DNA of 62,731 bases, the filler included, from Collodictyon triciliatum (Eukaryota), in the NCBI GenBank assembly GCA_043381765.1. It is 5 parts of 5 records of this genome, joined end to end, with 100 filler letters (N's around TTAATTAATTAA, not from the genome) between each part and the next. Parts side by side here need not be neighbours in the genome. Positions count along the whole stretch, not along the records: positions 18,474 to 36,830 come from JBHJMP010001377.1; positions 36,931 to 55,275 come from JBHJMP010001378.1; 3 more parts are not named here. One strand, given 5' to 3'. The notes beneath the pieces were generated by a model. The model was not told the DNA's origin. It was given only the letters and a program-made list of their open reading frames with translations, and did not search any database. How positions within the stretch are numbered: the stretch's first letter is position 1; each line of letters starts with the position of its first letter. Positions 31,603-51,706 of this stretch are shown here, in pieces. A program made the position numbers and the translations under genes.

Positions 31603-34600
31603 TTAAACCCTTTTTGACTCGATCTTTACACGATACAAAAAATCATTCCTCGAACCAACCCACAAGGAAGAGGTCGAATCAGCGACTGGCGATGAAAACA
31701 CATGGCCGTCCAAGGTGGTGGTCGATAGTATGTCACCATTGTGTGGATTCAAAATATAGAAAGTGCCACTAATTGTAATTGCGCAACACACAAGGCATGC
31801 AGAAGGGGTATCTTCATACTCTGTTGGTTCTGGAGAAGCATGCTTCGTAGACGTACGAGTCATCAGCAAATAGGGGGACGATGCAACAGGATTTCTTACA
31901 TTCGTATTCCAAATAATATTTCCGAATATCTTATCTGCGCAATAAACATGGCCATCATGAGAACCAACAAAAATACGATCCGATATTTCAGTTGAATATG
32001 TTGGGGAAGAAAAAACTGGGCCGTTGAACTCTACTCTGAATATAACAGACCCATTGTCAAGTGAAAAACACATCAAAGATGGGGTCTTGACTAATCCCAG
32101 GTATGCCTTGATAGAGTACATTTATGTCAGTATTTTTTTTCTGCCCAATGATAATATACGACAACAAAATGCAGCTTCTTTTATTTTTTAAATACTAGTT
32201 AATATCCGCATGTCTATATATAAATCAATTATATTGATATATTAAAAAGGTTTCCTAATAAATACTTTGTCATTTGTGATGTCTAAACAAGGGGTCGAAA
32301 AAAGAGGGCTTTTTGTATCACATTCCCAGACAATTTTCTCACTATCAAGAGACAAAGCTCTAATGTGCTCATCATGACTACAGATGATTAGGTGTGACCT
32401 CTTACTATCGATAAGTAAGTCGCAGAGTATTGGCTTCGAGCAGGAAAATACGACTCTAATACCGATAAGTGCGTATCGAGAGAATGAATACCAAAATTAT
32501 TTTTTTGAAAAGCATAGATGACAAACGATTTAAATTGAAACCCGAACCTGTTATTTTCTTTATCCAAAGAAAAGGAATAGATGTTCCCGTCATATGAAGC
32601 GCAAAGCAGTCTTTTAAATTTTAAGAAAAATATAATTTTTAATAATATTAATACATCCATTCGCTTATTTTCCCTCCTCTTTTTTAACGTTGTATACGTA
32701 TATTACAAGTTGCTTACCTATCTGTCTTTGGGTCATAAACAGGCGAGCTTTTAATCATCGCTAAAGTTTGGAAACTATAAAGGATGTCTCCCGTCACCCA
32801 ATCCAACCCATACAGAATACCGTTGTAACACCCGACGAATAAAAGTAAGGAGGATGTCTTTTTGATAAAAACTGCTCCGAAATTACATTCCAAACGGTCA
32901 GGGAGCCTCTGTGTCCAGGTGCTTTCCTCCTTTTCACCATCCAAACACACAACCAAGCCAGAATGAGATCCAATAATGATATCATTACTAGTACATTCTC
33001 TTCTTTTTATTGCCTGGCCAGTTTCAAAAGGATAGTAGTCATCCTTATCCTATATTTTCATAATAAGCAGTAATAATAGTAACAAAAAACAAAAACGAAA
33101 CAAAAAACAAAAAACAAAAAAACAAAAAAACAAAAAAAAAACAAAAAACAAATATAAATACAAAAGAGAAAAAAAATATATACCGCATTTACTTACTGAT
33201 GAATTATACATAATAATCAAAGGCGATGCATCAATACATTTCTCTAAATTAGCAACAGGTTTGACAGTCAACGAAAATTCAACATTGGTATAATCTGTCT
33301 CCATGACATTGCCCATTTGATTCGATAAATCCAATACTAATGCGTTTGAAGTATCCAGAACTCTGTTGGAGCGGTAGTTGAATTTCAAAGGGCTTTTTGA
33401 TACCGGCTCAAGTGTTCGTTTCCGAGTTGGGATCATGGGTGATTTAGGAACAACATGAGCATGTACAAATGCCTTTTCTTTTGTGGCTTTTTCGTATCTA
33501 ATTCTACAAAACCAGTTCTCCAGTATGTACGCTATTACACCCTCCAAATTAAAGTTAATTAATATTTGGACAAATTCGGGTTGAGCCATTTTGTCAATGC
33601 AAACTGAGCTACCAAACTTTTCGCGTACAGCCTTTTCTATCTTGATTGCAACGCGCTTGAGCTCAATTGAATGGAAGCCGAATTCGGGCAAGAAATGACC
33701 GAGAATGTTGATATTTGGATTTGGTTCTTTTTCAGATGAAGCCTCGCCACTTTTTATCCTTGAAAGATGGAAGATAATGAAATCGATAATCATACCACAC
33801 GAAGGGTTCAAGAGACCATCGCCAATATCATCGACAAACAACCTTAATGTTTTTTCAAACATGACTTTCATCGTAATATTCTGGGTCGAAGAAAACTTTC
33901 TTATTGTAGTGTACATGCCCCACAAAGTTATGAGAGATTTTACAGAGGACGCTAGCAAAGAATTCCAAGATATTGAGGGATCATATGCTTTGAGTTCATT
34001 AAAAATTGGGTGCGTTTGGGAATAGCTTCCATTACTTGCGATTTCTTCGATCAACCTAATGGAATATTTGTTCAAAATTTCATATAATGAGGTTTTTTTC
34101 CCTTATAAGAAAAAAATTGATACAGCTTTATATCTCGCTCCCTCTCATAATATATATATATGTCTTTTACCTATCTTTGGCCAGAATCTTGAGCCTTCTT
34201 TCATCAGTTTTCCCAGTTTCCTTGGTAGGGAAATATTCAAATTGAAAAATACGTGAAGGAAGAGCAACATTATGAATGGACTTTTTCAGATTTTGCCTGA
34301 TTTTCGCTTCGTTAAACGGACTTTTGCAGGTAATGCATGCTATGATAATCTCCTTCCTTTTTTCAACATTTTCGAAACTCTCTGCGTCCTCAAGTTCACA
34401 TGCAAGCACTTTGCACATTTGAATGTTACCATAGTCTGATTCGATGATAAGTTTTTCAACAAAAAGCATGTCGAACCTAATCCCATTGATTTTCTTTTGA
34501 GAATCGCTTCTCCCGAGACAAATGATGCCGAACTTTGGGTGTTCATATCCAATATCGCCAGTATAATACCATCCAGATTCGTTTGCGATTACAGAGGAAT

Positions 34601-36637
34601 TTATCGGATTGCACTCAAAACAAAAGACATCTCTTCCTTCTTCAGCTTTTGAACTTGATCGTATCCCCATCGAAAGACAGTCGCCCGACACAACGATGCT
34701 GCCACACAGTAATTCAGGTAAACGGAATCCGCTTTTTCCTACCACAGCTACTCGAGTATTTCCTATTGCAAACCCTATAGGCATCAATATGGGATATACT
34801 CTTGAGTCGGAGGAAAGGATTGACCGATCAATTTCATAACAACATGCATCCGCCGTTGTTTCTGTGGAACCATATATGTTAATCAGGCGCACGTGAACTG
34901 GCAGTGTGTTGTGAGCTCTCTGGATTAATGATTTACTTAGTGCCTCTCCACTGAGAAAGATGATATCTAGGACTGTATCATAGGATCTATATGTTTCGGA
35001 TATGTAGTCCAAAAAAAGCGATAGCTGTGAAGGAACAAATAGCATCCTATTTATTGAATGAGTCATACTAATATCACAAACTGTTGCAGGATTATCTGAT
35101 TCTGATTGAGGGACTAAAATAACTTTTCCGAAATACAAAAAGGGGCCCAAATGGTCGTATAAGGCATCAACAAAATTCAGTCTCGACCGAGGTAGGAAAG
35201 ACAAAACTGTTCCTTCTTTACATGGAAATGAGTGATACCCCCATTCGCATCTATTTGCAAAGGATTTTCTAGAAATAATCACTTGTTTTTCATCTCCAGT
35301 AGACCCACTAGTACAAACCAGACACATTATATCTTCATTTGTATTTGGTGTGTCTTTGAATAATTTCGTTTTTTCACTCAAACTGCATATGAAAATGGGA
35401 GACAAATAGCCCGGGCTAGCCTTTTCGGAGGAACCTTCCCCTGACTCAGTGATTTGTAATATACATTTGGAGGCCATCATTCCAATCTTCGGATGGTGCA
35501 CCTTTTCAATTATCTCCAAGTAATGCTGACAGGTTACAAAATAAGCTGGCCTACATTCCAAAACAACTTTTTGTAACCTCTCAAATGACATTTCAGGATT
35601 CAAGACAAGAAACGGTGACTTGGATCTATAGAAATATATATAAGTACGATTGATACATAATTATGTATTTTTTCCCTTTATTCGATTCAAAGTATACCTA
35701 ATTATGTATATAGAAGATAAACATGAAAATGAAAGTAGGTCTTTTTTTTTCTTTTTTTTTTGTAATGAGGTATGCATTAATTTTGGGTGAATGTATTTTC
35801 AATTTTCTACAATAGTATCCTATCATGAAAGCAATCTAAATCAAAGAAATAAATAATGGAGTAATGAAACAAATTAATTTTAAGAAAATAATAATAAAAA
35901 TTTTTAAAAAAGAAAGACAATTAGTAAGCTATTATATTACCTTAGCAAAGAAAGTAGAGTTACTATAAATTCAATGGATCTTTGAAAAAATATGACCGTA
36001 AGAGAATCTTGAAGTCGTTTAAGAGAAAGTAAATCCCCAAAATCTTTTGTTAATTGGGACAGTTCAGGGTATGTTATCGATCGTGCAAAGTGAGAAGAAG
36101 GGCTTGATTCTGCATTTAAAACCTTTTTGTGTTGACAGCAACAAGAACACGAGTAATCAACGATAGAATCGCGTTTGGGTCCTCTTTGGATCTTGGACAG
36201 CAGTACTGAGTCGAGTGGATCGCTGGATGTTTCGCATGTCTCCAAAGAATGCCTCATCTCGAAACTTGTAGGTAATGGTCGGAATATGTATCCATCCAAG
36301 TCCTCCAAAGCCATATCAACCTTTTAGTGTACATAATTTAAACCATGTTAATTAACAAACGCCATGGATGTGGCTGAATATCACCATATGTGATGAACAG
36401 CATGGTATGCATGCAAAATAAAGATAATAAAAATATCGTAGGTAGAGCGAATAGAGAATAAAGTGGAGTTAAAATCTACCCCACGAAGGAGCCTGTCAGA
36501 AACGCATTCCAGAACGTGTAAGTATATGTCCATAAGACTTTGAATCACTTCTGGTGAATATTTCTCTGACCAAAGCATGGAAACGTGTACGCCATGAGAA
36601 CACGTTGCAGAAAATATTGTGGATATTTCCTTTTTAC
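31603..36637 (-). CDS. AASDH: AASDH/ACSF4-like NRPS-type protein: adenylation domain, carrier (T) domain, PQQ-type beta-propeller; 5' truncated
   Basis: A domain: ITYPEL, CTSGSTGDEK, LNFVDA, FLSGEAL, INIYGSTET, YYTGDIG, GRSDSQKKINGIRFD, PTKETGKTD. T domain: FLPEFGFHSIEL. Propeller: LEKCIDASPL, WTQRLPDRLE, VGCYNG, IKSSP, PVFSSP, VGSHDG, VFSSPV..VGSRNDFLY, the characteristic AASDH C-terminus. An extra upstream exon, 36637-36480, splices in frame to 36320. Confidence 0.88.
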
Positions 36638-36734
36638 CTGGCCTATTTTATTTTATTTTATTGTTAATCAAACGACGACAGCAACTGCAATTACAGTTGA
36701 AGTTTCAATAACAATAATAACAAAAACAATGACA

Positions 36735-36735
<1 letters not shown>

Positions 36736-36830
<95 letters not shown>
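36736..36830. repeat. (AAT)n microsatellite at contig end
   Basis: Seen directly. Confidence 0.95.
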
Positions 36831-36930
36831 NNNNNNNNNNNNNNNNNNNNNNNNNNNNNNNNNNNNNNNNNNNNTTAATTAATTAANNNNNNNNNNNNNN
36901 NNNNNNNNNNNNNNNNNNNNNNNNNNNNNN
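36831..36930. other. Artificial contig-join spacer N44-TTAATTAATTAA-N44
   Basis: Same 100-nt spacer as at 18374. Confidence 0.97.
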
Positions 36931-37088
36931 CGAAAAAAAAAACTGTGACTTTTTTCAAGCTCTATACATCTTGTTTTTTTCATTTAACATATGTATACTC
37001 TTCTTTTCAGAGAGCAAAAAAATCGCCAAAATCCCCACCGAGGTATTCTCAGAGGTTTTCTCCAAAATCAAAAACACCATCAAAAGCG

Positions 37089-44983
<7,895 letters not shown>

Positions 44984-45423
44984 TGATGGTCCTTCGGCGT
45001 CGTGTGCGACGGAGGATGGAATACGCTCTGAGATTCCGGGCAAACGTGGATATTTTTCAGCAAAGAGGCGGCTCTCAATATATCTTTCTCTTTCTCTTTT
45101 CTCAGATAAAGATAATCGAGTTAATGAATCTACAACCAATGACACTGACCATCACGCACAAAAAATTAATGTGCTGTGCTATGCTAACCCGAGAACCAAG
45201 GGATGTGAATTTAGCTAATTTATAACCATGACATAAGACAACATAACGGCTCAAGTGGGCTGCTTTACAAGCTACAGTCGAATTAAATGGAGAATACTAT
45301 ATTTTCCACATATGTTATCTGTAAGTGGTTCATCTTTTTCTCTATTTTCTTTCATCCGAGTGGCATCGCTCCACGAACCAAAGTCTTAGAATCAGAACGA
45401 AGCAGGCGACGCCGAAACTCAGC

Positions 45424-47098
45424 ATGTCTTCAACTCTACCTGCGTTGCCTCAAATCGCCCGCCTTTCTTCTCGTGTGGTGACTGTGCTCGGCCTGAATCC
45501 GGGGCCGATGACTTTGACCGGCACAAATACGTATCTTGTCGGAACCGGCGCAAAGTGAGTGCACAGGCCGAAAGTTGGAAAAGATGTGGTATTTACCTCG
45601 TTTGTGGGTTTCGCTTTTTTTTTTTTTTGGCTTTTTTTTTTCCTCTTGCTTCTCTTTTTTTCTTAATGCCTCTGACATACCGGTTCATTCATGTTGCAGA
45701 CGCCTTCTTGTGGATGCGGCAGAAGGGATTGACGGGTTTGAAGACAACATGGCACACGCCATGCAATCGAATGGCTGCTCTCATATTGACTCTATTCTCA
45801 TCACGCACTGGCATCACGATCATGTGGACGGCATCCCCGGCATTATGAAGCGGTTTTCTTTTTGTATTTTGACATGGGAATAAGCTGTGGATGTGTGCGT
45901 GACCACTCTCTTGGTTTTTAGTATTTTTTTTTTTTTTTTGCTTTTAGGTCAGGTTATGTTCTGGTGGTTTTGATTTGCTTTTTTTAATCGTTTTTTTTTT
46001 TTACTTGTTTTAATGGTTGTTTTCATTTTTTTTTTTTACAGGTTTGGAAAGTGTCCCGTATGGAAGATGAAACGCCCACACGATGGTATGATTGGCATGA
46101 ACACCTACTATTTTCTACTTGCTCTGTTCTTTCATTAAATATTATTATATCATTTTTGTCCCTTTTTCTGTAAAGATGAGACTCCTGTCGGGGTGGAATA
46201 CAAATTCTTGAATGACAGACAAGTATTTCAAGTAGAAGGAGCGACGTTGCGGTAATATTTTTTTGATGAGAAATAAGCAATATTTCTGTAGTTTATACCG
46301 CAAATATTCTATCTGTGGCTCCCTCTATCGAATCAACTGCGTGCCAATAAAAGAAAACATACATCAGAGCCATTCACACTCCTGGGCACTCTGATGACCA
46401 CACTTGCTTTTATTTTGAAGAAGAAAATGCGCTTTTTGGGGGCGATTGCATTCTCGGTGTCGGTACAACAACCTTTAGTGATTTGCACACATACTTGGAA
46501 TCCTTAAAGAAATTGCAGGCGTTGAACATCAAGCGGATTTATTCCGCACATGGGTGAATATGTTATCCGATATAGTTATTATATTATTATATATTTTTTT
46601 TTTATTTTTCATGGATTGATAAAAAGTGATTCGCAGTTTTTGTATCGTCACTGTTTCATTTTATTCTTGAAATCATAAGTCCCGTCATTGAAAATGGCTT
46701 GGAGAAGATTGCTGAGTACATAAAGCACCGACAAGAACGAGAGAATCAAATCATATCGGTTCTGAAAGAAATTTCCGCCCCGATTGTATGTCTTCAGAAA
46801 AACATTTGTGATTCATTATGTGACAACAAACGAAGAGAATCCTCCGCGATAACAAAATCGCCTATCCCTTTCAAATTGCGCAATCACATTCATTTATCAT
46901 ATCTCGGCACCGTAGTCGTCCCTGGAGCTAACACGAAAGGTTTACATCGGAGTTCCTGAAGCGCTGATTCCGGCTGCCCAAAACAACCTCAACCTACACC
47001 TCCATAAACTTCTTAAGGACAGAGTTGTCCATAAGACTACTATCAGCCACGAAGATGAAGAGCACAAGTGGCTCATCAGACCCACCAGCACCATCTAG
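45424..47098 (+). CDS. LACTB2: LACTB2-like metallo-beta-lactamase-fold endoribonuclease
   Basis: [111 protein letters not shown]. Confidence 0.93.
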
Positions 47099-47351
47099 CA
47101 CCCAAAACAAAGCCGAAGAAAAGGACAAACCAGGATTAACGAAAAAACATAAAAAAAAAAGGAATTCTGATGCAAAAGGTACTGTATGTTTATTTTAGGC
47201 ATGAGCTACCAGTAATTTCAACCTGCTTTTCGCCGCTTAACAAGAAATTTTCACGCAACGCGCCTGTGAACACGAGTTTCTCTTCCGACCCTTCCACAAC
47301 CGAGGTAAACTCCGTCGCCCAAAGCACCGAGCAAACCACCAGAATCCGACA

Positions 47352-48046
47352 ATGGTAAGACTCCGACCCTCCCTCCGTTAAATTGAAGCCTCTGATTTCT
47401 GGCTGCGGTCAGCGCCATCCACATCCCCACCGGGGATGCACAAGATCGCATGGCAAATCAGAAACTTACCCTGAAACTCACCCGTCTCAAATGAGGGAGT
47501 CACAGCGATTCTCGATAAACTCTAGAGAAAAAAAGCAGATTGTTAAGGATTGTAATTACAGGGTGGGAGGGATGCATAAGATCCACAAATTCTTTCGATG
47601 GTATCGACACCACGAACGATCCAGAACGATCCACAATGTCGCATCTCTGCCTCAAACTCTCCTAAATTTCGGGCCGGTCGATCCGATCCTAACACATCAA
47701 ACACGCTTTGTACCCCCCACACTTATGCACACACACACACACACACAGCCGTCGCAGAAGTCCTTCATCATCAAGCGCAAGCTTGCCAAGAAGCAGAAGC
47801 AGAATCGCCCGATCCCCCACTGGATCCGCCTCCGCACTGACAACACCATCCGGTACGCTGGCCCACCACACCTCTGCTCACAACTCACTCTCCTGAATCA
47901 CAAAACAAACCCGCTAAGATTCGGAACCTAACCTGTCAGCGAAGCTCCGCCCCGCTCCAACTCACCCCTCCCTTTTTTTTTCTCCTTTTGCCTTTAGCTA
48001 CAACTCCAAGAGAAGACACTGGCGCCGCACCAAGCTCGGCTTGTAA
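47352..48046 (+). CDS. RPL39: 60S ribosomal protein L39 (eL39), 3 exons
   Basis: Exons 47352-47354 (ATG only), 47749-47852 and 47998-48046 give [51 protein letters not shown]. Confidence 0.98.
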
Positions 48047-48342
48047 ATCTGCCTGTGGTCTGCCTCTCTCCCAGTCCTTGCGGATCCCTAGCAAGAGACT
48101 GCCGCTGCCCACGTGTAGATTGCCCTTCCTCTGTCTCAGCTTCCCTCCCGCCACCTTGCAACACAATGGCTAAAGAGCTCGCTGCGGAGGAATCCCTAGG
48201 TCGCTCCATAAAACCCACGTCCACGCTACGAATCGTGCCTAGTGTCCAAACCATCCTCACAGCCAGTTAGACTTGTTCGACTCCGAGGTAAGGAAGAGAC
48301 ACCAGATGGCAGAATGTTGTTTATGTCAACCTTGTGGGCCAA

Positions 48343-50148
48343 TTAGAACTCAAGCCTCGGGAGCTGTGTATTACGCAAGGGATTGTAACCATTCTACTTC
48401 CCCACCTCGGTTCCTGCGAGCCTCCCGCTTCGCCGAGGGGCCGGGCCTTTGTCCTCAAAGAAAACCGACTCTCTTCCGGCCCTGTGCAATGTGGACAAAG
48501 GCGTGATGAGCCGAATTGCAGAACACTTTGATATCTGCACAAGATAAGATGGACGAGGCACTTACTCTCTCGCCTGCAGAGTCTTTCTCCAGTAGGCTGA
48601 GTGCGAGTATGAGCAGAATCGCAACCCGTCCTTTTTGCAAACCTCTCCAGACAGAAACTCGAGGAAGGATTTTCGGTAGCGTTGGAACCCTGCGTGATTG
48701 ATTATCCGACTATCAGTCGAATGCATACTTGTACTTTCCAGTGATGCGTTGTGTGATGTTACCGAGGTAGCCGAGAGACAGGAGGATGCGGTCTTCATAT
48801 CGGGGAGAAGAATTAGTTTATTACGAATGCGCATAGATTATCTCATCCTAATTTAATTTTGATTCCTTTCCTATTGTCTGTGATATGGAAACATGATAAC
48901 ATTATGTTTGGAACTGAATCTGTCATCGCAAAGTGTTCGTACTGATGCGCAGATAGTTGTGTGGGTGTGACTCCAGGTTAGCGTAGCGCGCTTTGTAGCC
49001 CGGTGAGCGTGTGATGAGGCCGCTGATTTCACAGTCCAGCCGCATTCCAAAGAACCCAAGCATCATCCTGCCATGCACAGACAAATACACACACACACGC
49101 GCGCACGCATTGGTGGGTAGGTGTGTATAAGAGCAGAGTTCAATATTGTGCCGATTTAAGCATCTGCGCGGTGGTGACAATCAAAGAAACGCATGTCTCT
49201 TACTTGAACGAGTCCACAATGCGTCGGGCAATCGCAGGGTTGCTTAGCATGAGCTGCGCTTCAGTCTATGGTCCATCACAGCAGAAAGCAGAAAAGAACA
49301 GAAAAGCAGAATAGATGAATAATTAAATACTGGCGGATGATTGGACATCGCATCGAGGTTGGCGGTGCATTTCGCTGGTGCTTGTGTGGCTTTTGAAATG
49401 GATTGGGGGTCACCTCAGAGAGTCTGTGGGCGTGGTAGTTGACTCCGTTGTCCTCAAACAGAGGAAATAGCCACTGAATGTATCTACAAGGTGTTGAATT
49501 AATGATTCACTGTTTAGAAAAAGAGTCCTTTTTTTTTTTTTTGTTTTTTTTGTTTGTGTGTTTGGCCGACCCGTGGTGACTTTCAAGAAGGTCGTAGTCT
49601 TTCGCCCATTTATCGTGAATGGATGTTATAAGCGCACCGTCTGGCTTCGATGGGATGCTGGGTGTGGATTGAAAAGTCAGGAGCAGAAGTAACCAGAGCC
49701 CTGCATGGACGCAACGAACCACCGATATCAAGAATCAGGGCGGGTGGCTTACATGTCTGAGTAGAACTCGAAGTTGAACTTGAGCGCCTCCTCGGTGGGC
49801 TTGCTTCGTAGAGAACGTTGGGTTTCCGGCTTCGTCGACGGCGTGAAGTCTTCCTCGTAGGTTTCGTGCGCAGGACTCAGGCTCTCTTGGTCATCTTCAG
49901 TTTTGACGATTTCGAGGTGTTTGGAGTTTGGAGTTTGGTTGGCAAGAAGCGGACTTATTCGAAAGACTGGCAAAAAAGTTTTTTCGTTTCCTTTTTTTTC
50001 TTTATTCATATAAACGAGAAGTGAATGGGGTAAGGTTTCGGGGATCTAATAAACCTTCTTCGTTGCACTTGGCCCGCTTAGTGGGTGCCTTTTCAGGGTT
50101 GGGTGATGGGGATCGGCTGCGGGAGTGTTTTGTGTTTGCCGAAGCCAT
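48343..50148 (-). CDS. Opioid growth factor receptor (OGFr_N) domain protein
   Basis: Spliced product: NFEFYSD..IPSKPDGALITSIHDKWAKDYDLLESHHG|YIQWLFPLFEDNGVNYHAHRLSE|..MMLGFFGMRL..RYANLESHPHNYLRI|NRILLSLGYLG|FQRY. This matches the OGFr conserved region. The start (MASANTKHSRSRSPSP, with NLS-like PTKRAK) and the last exon are less certain. Confidence 0.87.
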
Positions 50149-50309
50149 TGGTTTGATCGAAGTTGCAACCGAGATCTGATTTTATCGTTGGTTGCGTTCT
50201 GTTCTTCGAGTTTGTTACTCAGGCACAAAGATAAATAGTTAACAAATGAAAGAAAATGAAAGTAAAAAGAAAAGCTTGTTGTACGCTTCTTTTTTGAATA
50301 AAAAGGTGC

Positions 50310-51702
50310 GCACGTATCGCGGATGTCTAATCTTTCTCGGTTGTAATGAAAAAGGACTTGCTTCGATGATGCAGATGTATATTGGAGGAAAAGATATGAT
50401 TTGGATGTTGCGTTTTGCTAAGCAAGAGGGATAGGGAGAGTGTTCGCTTTATGCAACTAAGGTAGAAAGGGGCAGTTATTCGAAAGTGTGGACACAGATT
50501 GTCTGTCAACCAACTCATCGCTGTTTCCATCGCCATATGCGCCCGATTCTTCCTCAAACCAGTCGACGGCTGATACAAACATCTCCCACACATCCGCTCT
50601 TTGGACGACGCGGTATATACTTGTGCTTTGAATAAAGTCTGTCTTAATTTTGGAATGGCAAACAGTCTCGAGTTTTGGGTTTCCGTGCAGTAAATCACAT
50701 ATCTCTTGTGAAATCTGTTTGCGGTTTGAGTGCGAACGAATGTTATGTTGACTTTCCTTTTTTTTTTGAATGAATGAATGAATGAATTGCACGACATGGC
50801 AATATTTTATAGTTTTAGTTTGAGAAATATCATTGTTGACTCCATTCTTTTAATTGAGTGGTTATTTGGTATCTTTGTCACGAAATTACCATGACATTGC
50901 GAGAGTCTATTCTTCTTGCCACAAAAAGTGAGCGGGTCACTATTATACAGAGGAATAACTTTTCAGTCCCTGATTCAGAGTTTTGCGGAAGAACCAACTC
51001 ATACTTGGAAAAAAAATACCTGGAACACCAAAGCAGTCATAGGCAAAATGTTTTCCACCTTAAATATTTTTTAATTTAGGTTAAATCACCAAACAAAAAC
51101 ACCACTCACCCGTATCTGAAAAAATAAATTGAACACCTATCGTCCCATATGAGATTGTCCCACTATCCATAAAAATAATGGCTTTCATTTCTCTGTGCTC
51201 CTCAACACGAGACATATCATGGAACATATCCAGTATCTAATCCACATTTTTAACAATATATTTTGGCTTACATATGGTTGTTTTTATTTCTATTTTTGAC
51301 CTCTTAAAAGATTAAAATAGAATAGACTTAAAGAAGAGAATACCTTAAACGAAAATTCGAGTGACATTTCAATGTGCTCCATAAACAAAATCTCACTTCC
51401 TCTTATTTTTGGTACCAGCTAGAGCAAAACAATATGGTTACTTGCAGATTCTTCTTAAATTGTAAAGATTAATTTTAAGAATTATTTACCATGACCATGG
51501 TACTTGTGGACTTTATTATTTCCAAGTTGTAAGACTTGATACAACTCTCTAAACTTTGCATACATCCTGTCGCAGAGGCAATATTAATCGAGAAACAGAT
51601 TGTGGTATCGATATTCACACTTCACCTGATAAAAGGTTGAACTTTGACTCACAACTGACTGCATCGTCAAATAAGCAAGGGTGATTGATATGCGTCGTCA
51701 TA
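50310..51702 (-). CDS. Possible multi-exon unidentified gene directly downstream of the LINE relic
   Basis: AG/GT-bounded open segments, e.g. ~51019-50890 (YFFSKYELVLPQNSE..RNVM) joining ~50714 (ISQEICDLLHGNPKL..). No full model or family could be assigned. Confidence 0.3.
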
Positions 51703-51706
51703 CAAA

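Noticed and set aside
47355-47748. Intronic snoRNA in RPL39 intron 1
   Set aside because: Plausible by analogy with vertebrates, but no convincing C/D or H/ACA structure is visible. It needs a covariance-model search.
48500-48960. C/D-box snoRNA-like motifs (GTGATGA..CTGA at ~48503-48600; stem plus CTGA at ~48875-48957) downstream of RPL39
   Set aside because: They overlap minus-strand exons of the OGFr-domain gene, and I could not match a guide to rRNA.
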